Origin: Eledone cirrhosa
Lineage: Eukaryota
DNA length: 64,000 nucleotides
Assembly: GCA_964016885.1 (NCBI GenBank)
Contig: OZ024741.1
Span: 57,350,001 to 57,414,000, forward strand
Reading direction: 5' to 3'
How positions within the stretch are numbered: the stretch's first letter is position 1; every line of letters begins with the position of its first letter. The translations under genes and the position numbers were made by a program. Shown here piece after piece: positions 1-11,111 of the stretch. The notes below the pieces were generated by a model that saw nothing but the letters and a program-made list of their open reading frames with translations, had not been told where the DNA came from and made no database searches.

Positions 1-13
1 GTTTTCAACAAAT

Positions 14-629
14 TGTAATATTCATGCTACAGGCGGGCAAAAAGTCTGTACAATAATTACAATATAGACTAATGGAGCAGTACCATCAATAATGATGGCA
101 ATAGTATTGAATATATTTAATTAGAGGGGTCCAGGATTGGTATGCCATATACACTAGGATTATTAGATTTATGAAGAATCTTTAACCGTTAAGATGTGTT
201 ATTGGTAGTAGCGCCACGAGTGACCAGTTCTGTAGAAAGATGTGGTAAGAACATCGGCAACGACTTTGGCTTGTTTTACATTATTTATTAACAAGGTTGA
301 GCTATGTAGAGCTGAGTAGAGCAGGCTTGCCAAGAGTTATAAAACAAACGAATTAAGGATTTCAGAAGGCACGGTCCACTGGCTGAAGTGTTGCCAGGCC
401 ATGGTTAAGTTGTTGTGTTACATGTTGGCTAGTGATTTCACGACGAAAGAAAGTTAGTTGTTTACCTTTTCACAGTCAGGATGTGAGAGACAGATTTCTC
501 AAATCAACGCGGGAATTTTTCCCTCAGGGCGCGTAGAGATACATTCTCTTCTACTGGTGCTGATTGGCTGAGCTGAGCCAAATCACGCACAGAGAATGTA
601 TGTGAGCCCGCGGAATGTAGGTCACTACA
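14..629 (-). mobile_element. LTR (solo LTR, or 5' LTR of an element extending left of the window), related to the LTR at 30944-31531
   Basis: About 485-629 is closely similar to about 31388-31531 and ends in the same GTCACTACA (minus-strand TGTAGTGAC LTR start). No polypurine tract is adjacent here. The left boundary is uncertain. Confidence 0.6.
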
Positions 630-894
630 AATCATACAAACTAGGAAATTTGTATTTTTATGAATAAATGCTTTATATAAAAGAAACTACTATTTATGCT
701 GATTACTGACATGTATAAGTGATTAGGGTTAGGGTGGACATATATTGATGCCCTAAGGACAGACACTGGTCTCTGGGAAATGCAGGACAAGGCAGCAATA
801 ATGAAGGACAGAGACTGCTGGAGAGAACTCCTCCATGGATCTCAAGAATTTTACCCGCCCTAGATAGATAGAAGTGATTAAAGGTGAGAATAAA

Positions 895-1123
895 TAAAAA
901 TTTTAATAATATATTTCTAGGATATAATTACATAAATATTCAGCATATGTCTAGATGACATACACAATTAAATACATGAGTAACTTTGGAGAAATAGCTA
1001 TTTACAGTGACAAATGTAGGGTTAGAACCTACAAAGTTGTGATTGGAAAATTAACTTCTTATTGTAGCAAAAGGATGCGTGCATGCATGTATTTGAGTGA
1101 GTAAATTTTAAAGAATTACAGAC
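895..1123. repeat. Dispersed repeat, second copy at about 9505-9715
   Basis: Shared blocks AATAATATATTTCTAG, ATGAGTAACTT, CTATTTACAG, AGGGTTAGAACC, GTGATTGGAAA and TAAATTTTAAAGA occur in the same order in both copies. Confidence 0.65.
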
Positions 1124-1671
1124 AGAAGTATGTATTTAAATAAACATACAAACACACCTGGCTTATTATTATGGGCAGATTTTTAAAAGTGATAAATTTT
1201 GTTATGAAAAACCTGACAATTGATGTATTAAATTAATATTTTGTTGCTATTTCTATTAATGGACTTCCTAATTCTCTTGGAAAATATATACTATACATAT
1301 ATATGTAACTTTTTTGAGAATTCATTTTACGCTAATTGAGTTTGGCTCCCAGCCTTCTAAAATGGTTCCTCATATTGATTTTGAAGAAGAAATATCTTAA
1401 ATTATGGTATCCATTCTATTTATTCATTCAGCTATGTGTAGCTTATTTAAAATGATTTGGCAAAGCAAACTTCCCAAAACGAAAGGAAAAATTATGTCAA
1501 AAATAGCATATATCATTATCATCATCTTCATCATTTAACAGACATTTTTCCACACACACACACACACTCTAGCATATATATACAAAGAGTCAAGAGGACT
1601 CTTCAGTTGTATCAAGAACACAACATTCTTATAGACAGACAGATATATACACACACAAATATATATATACA

Positions 1672-1980
1672 TGGCTTAGTGGTTAGAGCATTGGCCTTGC
1701 AATCGAAAGGTTGTGAGTTCAATTCTCAGCCCGGGTGATGTGTTGTTTCCTTGAGCAAGACACTTTATTTTACATTGCTCCAGTTTACTCAGCTATAGAA
1801 ATGAGATGATAGGGACTGCAAAGTGGTCGTGGAGGTGCTACGGCAAAAAAGCACCCAGCACTCACTGTAAATGAGGTTGGTGTTAGGAAGGGCATCCAGC
1901 TGTAGAAATCAAGCCAGAATCAGTTCCTGTCCCACCCTTGCAAGCAGGGAAAAAGCGGACGTAAAATGAAATGATGATGA
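1672..1980 (+). mobile_element. tRNA-derived SINE with RTE-type 3' tail
   Basis: A-box TGGCTTAGTGG and B-box GAGTTCAATTC, core AAAAGCACCCAGC...TTAGGAAGGGCATCCAGCTGTAGAAA, tail GCAAGCAGGGAAAAAGCGGACGTAAAATG followed by (GAT)n. Flanked by TA microsatellite. Confidence 0.8.
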
Positions 1981-1990
1981 TATATATATG

Positions 1991-2032
<42 letters not shown>

Positions 2033-2528
2033 TAGATAGATATATAGATAGATAGATAGATATATTTCTTTATTAGCCACAGGGGCACAAAAGAAGGGGA
2101 CAAATACAAAGGGGGAAGTTTACATACAATAAAAACGTGTAAAATGTTATCACAGATGGAATTTAAAAATTAGTCGATTTTCCCCAATAGAGGGAGACAG
2201 TTTATATGGGTAACACATACCCCCGAAAAAAATGTGCAACCCTCATCTCCAGGAGTACGAAGAGCTTGTACTCCTTTCCTCTCCTCCTCCTTTTCCTCAA
2301 TCTACAGGCTGATATAGAGAGAAGGCCCATTCACTCGGGCCATTCTCGCCACTTTCACCCACCTTTATAGATAGATAGATAGATAGATAGATAGACAGAC
2401 AGAAAGATATTTCAACTGCAATAGGTTTATTATAGTTTGCTATAGGTTCGAAAAGGAACTTATATGAAAACAGCTGATACTTTGCCCACTTGTCAGGTGA
2501 TAAAGCTATTGTCAGACATACACACATC

Positions 2529-2583
<55 letters not shown>

Positions 2584-2595
2584 CTATATATATAT

Positions 2596-3255
2596 ATAAA
2601 GAATTAGTATATCTACCAACATATTTATACAGATGTATACTTACACTAGCAAATATATAGGTTTTGTCTTAGTAACTTTGTGGTTCAATACAAAGGGATG
2701 CAGAACAATTATATGAAAGACGTAAAATAAGAAAATTATAGTAATTAACTTACTTACTTAAATTTCACTCCAACTAAAGTTTCTGAAAAGGGATATACAT
2801 AGTCTTCAAATGGAGGTCATGGAGAAACCTTTCATATAATTGTTCTGCATCCCTTTGTATTGAACCACAAAGTTACTAAGACAAAACCTATATATTTGCT
2901 AGTGTAAGTATACATCTGTATAAATATGTTGGTAGATATACTAATTCTTTATAATTATCTCCAAATTATTTTGTTGAGCAAAAATGTGCCTAAATTACTA
3001 CTATGGTTCATAGTATTAGCTTGGCTACTGTCTTTTTAACACCCCACTCCTCACTGATTAACCTCGATGTCACGTGATTGATTCTTTCTGTGTCCATGCA
3101 TCGCCAGGAATCTTAGCGGAGAATGACTCCCTGATGAAGAAAGGTTTCTCCATGATCTCCATTTGAAGACTATGTATATCCCCTTTCAGAAACTAATTAG
3201 TTGGAGTGAAATTTAAGTAAGTAAGTTAATTACTATAATTTTCTTATTTTACGTC

Positions 3256-3262
<7 letters not shown>
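2596..3262. mobile_element. Non-autonomous Penelope-like/retrozyme-like element: a 426-nt unit (2830-3255, +) plus an inverted partial copy (2596-2835, -)
   Basis: Interleaved inverted repeats A(2596-2718) B(2712-2835) A'(2830-2953) X B'(3139-3262), bounded by (TA)n on both sides. Hammerhead core at 3126-3207. Confidence 0.7.
3126..3207 (+). ncRNA. Minimal type I hammerhead ribozyme motif
   Basis: Helix I ACTCC/GGAGT; core CTGATGA (3131-3137); helix II GAAAGG/CCTTTC with an A-A mismatch at its base; GAAA (3189-3192); palindromic helix III ACTAATTAGT; GUU cleavage triplet. Confidence 0.7.
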
Positions 3263-3306
<44 letters not shown>

Positions 3307-3342
3307 CATATATATATATTCATGTGTTTGTGTGTATATTTA

Positions 3343-3394
<52 letters not shown>

Positions 3395-3435
3395 AAATGA
3401 AATGATGATGATGATGATATATATATATATATATA

Positions 3436-3757
3436 TATTGAAAACAAAGAAAGGTTTCACATAAAGATCTTTATTGACTATACATAGTTGCAACTGTTTC
3501 ACAGATGGGTGGCTCAGGATCTATATTAATGCTATAGACCTGACTCCAGCCTGATTTGCTCATCAGACTTGTTAATCAAGTAAAGCTAAAATTGTGATAT
3601 GAGATTTTAGCTTTACTTGATTAAGTCTAATGAGAAAATCAAGCTGGAGTCAGGCTTATAGCATTAATATAGATCCTGAGCCACCCATCTGTGAAACAGT
3701 TGTAACTATGTATAATCAATAAAGACCTTAATGAGAAACTTTACTTTGTTTCCAATA
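3436..3757. mobile_element. Fold-back Penelope-like element with a degenerate hammerhead motif in each arm
   Basis: Inverted arms of about 155 bp centred near 3597. Minus arm: AAGT-CTGATGA...GAAACAGTTGCA-ACT (3486-3570). Plus arm: AAGT-CTAATGA...GAAACAGTTGTA-ACT (3623-3707). Confidence 0.6.
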
Positions 3758-3834
3758 CATGCACTCTGACTTAGCATAGAGTGGTGATGTTGGTACCTTC
3801 TTTAGTAAACCATGAATCTAGTGAACCACCATTT

Positions 3835-4178
3835 AGTACCTTGATGGCACCTACATTTGACTATTTTGACACATTCAGAATATAAGCTGGCGACATCTGA
3901 CTTTGAAAGAAATATATGCCAGCCTCCCATGCATATCTGTCGTACATAAAAGGAGAGTAAGATTTGCTGGCCACTGCCATTGCACCACCTACGAGGCTGT
4001 GTCTCCACTAGTACTCTGGAAACCACAAGCAGTCACTAATAACAGGGAACACAAGCTCTCCTATCCCGATGGTTTTGAAATCCAGGACTTGGCAACAGCA
4101 ATGAACAACAGACTCACGTGGAGATCAATTGTTGAGTCAATTTCAGCTGAGGCTGCCAGATGATGATGATGATGATGA
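3835..4178 (+). mobile_element. 3' fragment of an RTE/RTE-X-like LINE
   Basis: Decayed translation LDGTY...QNISWRH..LKEIYASLP...RRVRFAGHC...LVLWKP...AMNNRLTWRSIV, typical of the post-RT region of RTE-group LINEs. Ends in a (GAT)n tail. Confidence 0.7.
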
Positions 4179-4708
4179 ACCACCTATTATATATATCATC
4201 ACTGAGATTACAGATGTACTAAAAGGCATTGATGAGTGCGTTGGGAAAGAAGCAAAAAGTGATGTGGTCAGAAGAGAGCGTGCAGAAGCAAAGGAGGATA
4301 TGTTGCTGGAGAGGTAGGGTGGTGGGGTGGAAGGTGAGGAGGAAAGGAAAACAAGTGTAGGGGTGGTCTATATTTATATATTCTATTTATATATATATAA
4401 ACAGTTCTATCTACTAAATTCACTAGCAACATATTGGTTAACACCAGCACTACCCCTTTACAAAGTGTACTGGGTGTATTTTATTGTGTCATATATGTGT
4501 GTGCGTGAAGTAAATTTTCACATAACAGAGAAATATGTGATATTTAGGAGTGATGCTAACATCGAAAAATTGTGAAAATTACCATGAAATTAGGACAGAA
4601 TGTAAGCATGTTAAATAGAGCCAACCATAATTATGGTGTTATTAAAAGCTGCAATTCATCTATATACCTGATAATTACAGAGTTTTTACTACTAAGTTGG
4701 TGGATGAG

Positions 4709-5235
4709 TATGGCTGAATGGTTAAAGAGTTCACTTCGCAATCATTAGGTCCCTGGTTTAATCACATTGCATGGTATCTTGGCAAATGTCATTTACCATA
4801 ACTTCGGATAAACCCATGGATTGTGAATGAAATTGGGTAGACGGAAACTGTCTGGAAACCGATTGGATGAACTGTATCTGTCATTTAAAGGGCCAGTCTT
4901 ACCACAAATTGTGTCACACTGAATCTCCGAGAATTACATTAACCCTTTAGTATTGTAACTGGCCAAAATTCTCTCACCTCTTTCTGTTCAAACCAACCAT
5001 AACTGGCTGCTCATACTGACATTAAGGTATTGTCCTCAAAATAAATAATAACATTATGTAAGATAATTATGTGAGATAAAGCCTTTACCATGAAAATATA
5101 ATAGTAGAGTAATGTAAATGCTAAAGGGTTAAGATTACCTGTGTCTGTGGAATGTTTAACCACTTACATGTTAATTTCCTGAGCAGGCTGTTCCATTGAA
5201 CAAAAAACTGAAACAGTCATCATTAAATCTAACAG
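4709..5235 (+). mobile_element. tRNA-derived SINE interrupted by a piggyBac MITE
   Basis: TGGCTGAATGGTTAAAGAG head. Colinear with the uninterrupted copy at 38460-38780 except for 4943-5128. Confidence 0.7.
4943..5128 (+). mobile_element. piggyBac-type MITE
   Basis: TTAA|CCCTTTAGTATT...AATGCTAAAGGG|TTAA, the same termini as the piggyBac remnant at 55397-56811. Confidence 0.8.
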
Positions 5236-6149
5236 AGGTCCATTCCATCTTAGCTTTACAATAACATTGCTGGTTTTGACAATAAGTGTTCCTTTTATTT
5301 GATCATTGCAATAACCTTGACAAAGCAAAACATGAGCTGAGAGGAAAACAAGAGAAATTAGAAACAAGAAACAAGAGTGAAAACTGTATTGAGAATAACA
5401 ATGTGATACATATGGAGGATGATGAATGGAATAGAATGGACTTCTATTGGTTTGAATGATGAGTGTTTCAGTTACTTGATCAATGGAACAACCTGCTAAT
5501 GAAATTAACATGCAAGTGGCTGAGTTTTATTAGTTCAAATCCCACCAAGGTTAGCTTTGCCTTTCATCCTATTGTGTCGATAGAATAAATCACTGGTAAT
5601 ACACTCGGGTTGATTTAATTGATTTTCCCTTCCCCTAAAATTGTTGGCCTTGTGCCTAAATCAGAAACCATTATTAGACATGTGTACTCCTAAAATAATT
5701 CTCAGAGAGATTCAGCATAATAGCATGTAGCAAAGATCAAACTCACAACATTGTAATAGTAAGTTGACCACCCTAACCACTTGGCCATTTGCCTTCACAT
5801 ATAGCTATATTTAACAGGCATATTATTAAAGCTGTTACAGCTGTGACTGTTTGTCATTATGTTTTTAAATACATAACAGTTGATTTATGCCTGTAAGGTT
5901 GTCAATCAGTAAACATAAGATTGTAAACCTGTCTGACAGTAGATGCACATCTTGAATGTTGATTGATTTCAAAACAGCAAATTACAAGGTTTTTATTTAC
6001 ATATCATCTTCCTTTTACGTCGATTTTACATGCTGGCATGGGTTAGACAGGTCATCACCACAATGACAAAGACAATTTGTATACCATACTTTACTCATAC
6101 ATTCCATATTTTAGCATGGTTTCTATGACTGGATCATCATCCTCATCCT

Positions 6150-6415
6150 CATCACCATTTTACATCCATTTTCCATGCTAGCATGGGTTAGACGAGCTGT
6201 CCTGTTGTGGGCAATGCCAGGTCAGGTGACCATATCTTGCTCATACAGAACTGATTTTTGCTTGATTTCTACAGCTGGATGCCCTTCCTAATGCCAACTT
6301 CATTTACAGTATGAACTGGGTGCTTTTTGCTGTGACACCTACATGACCACTTTACAGTAGGAGGGGGTGGGGGCATACGGTATATATGCTTCAGCTTTGG
6401 CCTGTACCCATGGGA
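6150..6415 (-). mobile_element. SINE-like element, an unexpanded relative of the satellite-bearing element at 13361-24700
   Basis: Reverse complement reads CCCATGGG..AAGCTGAAGCATATATACCGTATGCCCCCACCCCC..ACTGTAAAGTGGTCATGTAGGTGTCACAGCAAAAAGCACCCAG..ACTGTAAA..TTGGCATTAGGAAG, matching both flanks of the satellite plus about one unit. Confidence 0.7.
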
Positions 6416-7014
6416 AGATGCCCTTCTTAATACCAATCCCATTACAGAGTAGACTAGGTATATTTTACCATACCATCAGCTCTACCACTTTACAGAGTGC
6501 ACTTGATGCATTTTATTGTGGCATCAGCACTTGAACTTTTCAGTGAATTTTTTCATGGCAACACTTGAGAGGTTGTTATATACTGAAGAGTCCTCTCTAA
6601 ATGGTCTTTTTAAGAATATATATACGACTACATTATTCAGTGTCTCTTTAAGACAATAGAGTGTGATTTGGCTGCTATTTCTAGCAGGTTCAATGACCAT
6701 GTAGAGCTATGGTTCTTAACTTTTTCTATCACAGCACCCCCTGAGATTTTGAAATTCCATCCCACACCCCTAGGCCTAGCACATAAGACAAAAAAACTTG
6801 AATTTTCAGGGCAAATTATCAACTACTTAGCTGCTACTATTTAATTAATTAACTACTATGATTAATAAATACAATTTTTTGGAAATAATAGAAAATATCC
6901 AAAGAAAATCTTTAAATCTTTAATATGACTTCTGTTTTTGCCTCTTCTCTGCACCTCTAAGAACTGAATCTTGCACCTGGTTAAGAACACTGATGTAGAA
7001 TATCCCCTTTTGGA

Positions 7015-7067
<53 letters not shown>

Positions 7068-7989
7068 AATGTGTGCCTATATTGAACAATGTGCTGATAT
7101 CGAGCAATGGCATTAGTTAGAATAAATTCTGTATAATATTACAAAATTTTAAAAAATCGAAAACTACACCACTTACTAAGTACACAGTCGAAAATTGTGT
7201 GAGTTTGCATCTGTGCATAAGCTGTTGTCTGGATTTGCGGCCAGTTTCCATTTTAAAATATTAAAAAAATATATAATTGTGGCCTTAAAGATGTATTTTT
7301 ATAAATACACACATATATAAATCATTATATATATATATATAGAGAGAGAGAGTGAGAGAGAGACATTATGTATGTAAATATATACATAAATTCACTCACA
7401 TACATATATATTGATCTGTTTGTTTCACCAACAAAGAATGATTGTATGGAAACTATCTATTATCTTTTTGTTGACAGAGTAGTTGAATTAACAAGGCCAT
7501 TATTTGGAGAGGCGTGAGCTCAAAGGTTATAGACATATCCATGTCAGCTGGGTGTACAACAACAATAATCAGGTGATTCAATGTTATTTGTTCACTCTTT
7601 CACAGGATAAATCTATGGACCTCAGTTGGTTTCCATGGTGAGTATTCTAGTTGTTTGATCAACAGAACAGCCTGCTCATGAAATTCATGTACAAGTAGCT
7701 GAGCATTCTCAGATACAGATACCCTTCAAGTAATTTTCATGGTATTTCAGCGTGACAGAGTGTGTGACAAAACTGGCACTTTGAATTACAGATTCAGTCC
7801 ATCTAACGGGCTTCTAAACAAATTCTGTCTACCCAATTTCATTCACAAGGCATGGGTTGATCTGAAGTTATGGTAAATGACATTTGCTCAAGATGTGAAG
7901 CAATGTCATTGAACCTGGGCCCTAATAATTTTTAACCATTTGGCCATGTTGCATCTACAAAATGAGCCCTCACTATTCCCTCAATTGAT

Positions 7990-8135
7990 TGTCTATGGGT
8001 CAATGAGAAGGGGCCAGATGGTCTTACCTTTAGCCCTTGGGCTTGAGGCAACTGCCTCATCTGGGACATCACTGTCAGCAACTCTTTTACTCCTCCTGTC
8101 CTAGATGTTGTAGCAAAGATAGGAGGTCAATGCAT
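7990..8135 (+). mobile_element. Fragment of a CRE-clade (RLE) non-LTR retrotransposon C-terminus
   Basis: Translates to KGPDGLTFSPWA*GNCLIWD, the RPDG-LT-PW...WD restriction-like endonuclease motif. Homologous to 43117-43180. Confidence 0.55.
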
Positions 8136-10031
8136 CCATAGCTAAATGGAATAAACAATTAAAATAGAAAGATTTATCAGTGAATTAAACTTTTCAACCT
8201 GTGTCATTTGAGAAGTCTGGGAGAGCTGGACCACTGACAATGATTTGGCTGCTCACCTTACTAAAACATCATGTAATGCTATGTGTGTGAGTGCTTGGTT
8301 ATTCTAGTACCTTAGCTTCACTATCACCCAGTCATGCTGTGTTTTGGCTTGCCTCAAAATTCTTTTAGAAAGAAACACCAACATTCTGTACTTTGTAATT
8401 GAGTGTGCATGACTTCTCTCATTTTTTCCCTCTGATTAATTTCTATTGATTTGTTTCTTTTGTAAATCTTATTTATTTTAATGACATTGAGAGATTTCAT
8501 ATATTCTATGAATTGTGGTTGTATTTGTATATAATATTCATGACAAAAAGATTTCCGAATTCTGTAATAAACTTTGTCAATTCAAATGAACAGAACAATA
8601 TTTATGTTTATACAAAGATATTTCAATTACCCATTGCCTTATTTACTTATGAATTTTGATCATAAATTGTTACATCAATGTTGACTTGTTTAAATATAAC
8701 TACACACACTCAACCACATAGTTAATCTTAATGTTAGAGTTCTTTTGAAGCCTTAAGCACCTAAAAGGTTATGCTGTCTCTCATATATTAAGTCTGCAAA
8801 AATTATTTTGGGAATAACAAATACATTTAATTTGAATAACATGATGTCCCTCTTCCCTTGATGTCCTAAGCATGAGCTTATTTTGCTTGATGGTTAATCT
8901 AATCCTGCTTAATATATAACTAGGGGACCAGTGCCATAATGGCAATATTTGTGTTGAACATATGTGACTTTTGGCGTCCAGGATTAGATTAGTATACCAG
9001 ATCTAAAGCAATCATACAGATTAGAAAAAAAGCATTATAGAAAGTTTATAGTATATGTCAATTACTGACACATGGAAGTGATTGAAAAAGAGAATGATTT
9101 TTAATAAGGGATAAGGAAATGAAGAATAGAAGAAAAGGAAAAGAAATAAAATGAAACAAGAAATTAAACAAAAGGAAAGGAAGAGGGAGCGACAGACTCT
9201 ACACCACAGTCAGAGCGACATCTCTTAACTGCATCCTGCAGACAAAATGGCAAAAGCATTGCCATGGAGAATGACCAGTGTCACCTGCTGCAACAGCCAC
9301 TCTGCCTCACGGGGCTCCTTCCTTAGGCAGGCTACCACTTTCCCGATTTTTCAGAAGGAAAATGGCAGTTCAGGTCCTAGGACAGCTGAAGTCTCGACGG
9401 GAACCAGTGTGAAAAAGAAGCGGTCTGACCAACTCAGGTATTTGGCAATTTTCCTCCCCTCTGCACTGCAGGCGGCAGTGTCTGGGTTTGCAGCTGAAGT
9501 GACAATAATAATATATTTCTAGAATATGATTAGATAAGTTGTACACATTGCAGAGGAACAAATAAATGAGTAACTTAAGAGAAATAACTATTTACAGAGA
9601 CAAATATAGGGTTAGAACCCAGGACCTCGTGATTGGAAAGAGAATTTCTTATTGTAACTACATGACTGAGATGGGTAATTATTGTATGTGTGGGTAAATT
9701 TTAAAGAGTTACAGAGTTATTATATATATCATCATCATCATCATCGTTTAACGTCCATCTTCCACGCTTGCATGGGTTTGGACGGGAGTTTTCCCACTTG
9801 AGGCAAGATTGGTGGTCCTGCTCGTATATGCCTGTCTGGCGGGTTTTCTACGGCTGGGTGCCCTTCCTAATACCAACCACGTTTACAGTGTGGACTGGGA
9901 GGTTTTTACCGTGTTACCTACACGGCCACATTACAGCGTGGACTGTGTGTTTTTTTGTCATGACACCTACATGACCTCATTTGTTTATACAATATATTAA
10001 TAAATGCAAACTATATTTATAAAACCATATT

Positions 10032-10097
10032 TATTTTATTATACATATTTCAAGGGCAACCAAGGCAGATTATGGTGCACTTTCATCAGATAAAATA
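10032..10097 (-). ncRNA. Minimal type I hammerhead ribozyme motif (minus arm)
   Basis: Reverse complement: TATTTTAT-CTGATGA-AAGTGCACC..GGTTGCCCTT-GAAA-TATGTAT-A-ATAAAATA. Confidence 0.7.
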
Positions 10098-10246
10098 CAG
10101 ATTTGTTTTATAAATAAATATTGACATACCCGGAAAAAAGACAACCTTAACGGTTGGAGCTTCCTGGATAGACTATCCAGAAAGCTCCAACCGGTAAGGT
10201 TGTCTTTTTTCCGGGTATGTCAATATTTATTTATAAAACAAATCTG

Positions 10247-10312
10247 TATTTTATCTGATGAAAGTGCACCATAATTTGCCTTGGTTGCCCTTGAAATATG
10301 TATAATAAAATA
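10247..10312 (+). ncRNA. Minimal type I hammerhead ribozyme motif (plus arm)
   Basis: Helix I TATTTTAT/ATAAAATA (8 bp); CTGATGA 10255-10261; helix II AAGTGCACC/GGTTGCCCTT; GAAA 10293-10296; near-palindromic helix III ATATGTAT; AUA triplet with predicted cleavage after 10304. Confidence 0.75.
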
Positions 10313-11111
10313 AATATGGTTTTATAAATATAGTTTCCATTTATTAATATATTGTGTATTTACTCCACTAACTTGTTGAGTGCTTTATATCAGTTATAAA
10401 AATGTTTAAGCTTGTTGAATCCCAACAAATTAAATATAACCTCTACCTATATATATATATATATATATATACAAACACGTGGTGTTTTTCTTATTAAATT
10501 TTCGTGACAATATACAATCCTTCCTTTCGATTGCTGACGGAGTCGTAAGGGCGCCGTAGTGATATACGCTGTTTAAAACTGGTGGAGCCCATTCCTTCTC
10601 CCGTTCCGAACAGAGCTGATTTCTTCCAATGAAGGAAAAAGGACAAATCCACCCCAGTACTGAACTACTTTATTCATCGACCTCGAAATAATAAAAGCCA
10701 AAATTGTGCGTATAGAGCTGAAACGAATACCGCAAAGCATTCTATCCGATATTCTAACGACTCTATATATTAATTGACATTAAAAAAAAATCATACAGAA
10801 ATGTTTATTTTGCCAGTTAAAAATAAGAAAGAAAAGAAAAGAAAAAGTCATTGTTATCATCTTGAACTGGAAAAACTATAAAAGAATAAATGGAACATAA
10901 GAATTTTCAAACTGGATTTTATTTAGTCAAAAATAATTAATTTTGCTGAATACGTGCGTAAGAAAACGTCATTGACTTCCTCGTTATTTTCATTTCATTG
11001 TTCTCAAAGAATGTATTATTTTTGACGTGTAAATCTTGAAAGATGTATTTCTAGAGGAGCGATGGCGACCAGCTTGCCTTTGTAGAATTGACTGACTGGC
11101 ATTAGAATATC

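Larger units (their letters stand above)
9989..10355. mobile_element. Near-perfect 367-bp palindrome (Penelope-like inverted pLTR) with a hammerhead motif in each arm
   Basis: Arms centred at 10172 (CTGGATAG-A-CTATCCAG) with few mismatches. The right arm continues about 95 bp into (TA)n at about 10448. Confidence 0.75.

Noticed and set aside
1672-1740. tRNA gene (also at 4709, 12808, 26026, 38460 and 63160)
   Set aside because: A/B boxes are present but there is no complete cloverleaf, and each continues into a SINE body and tail.
1457-2533. Short ORFs rich in YI/HT/LS repeats (also near 6862, 29654 and 33875)
   Set aside because: They are translations of (TA)n, (CA)n, (GA)n and (TTA)n microsatellites.
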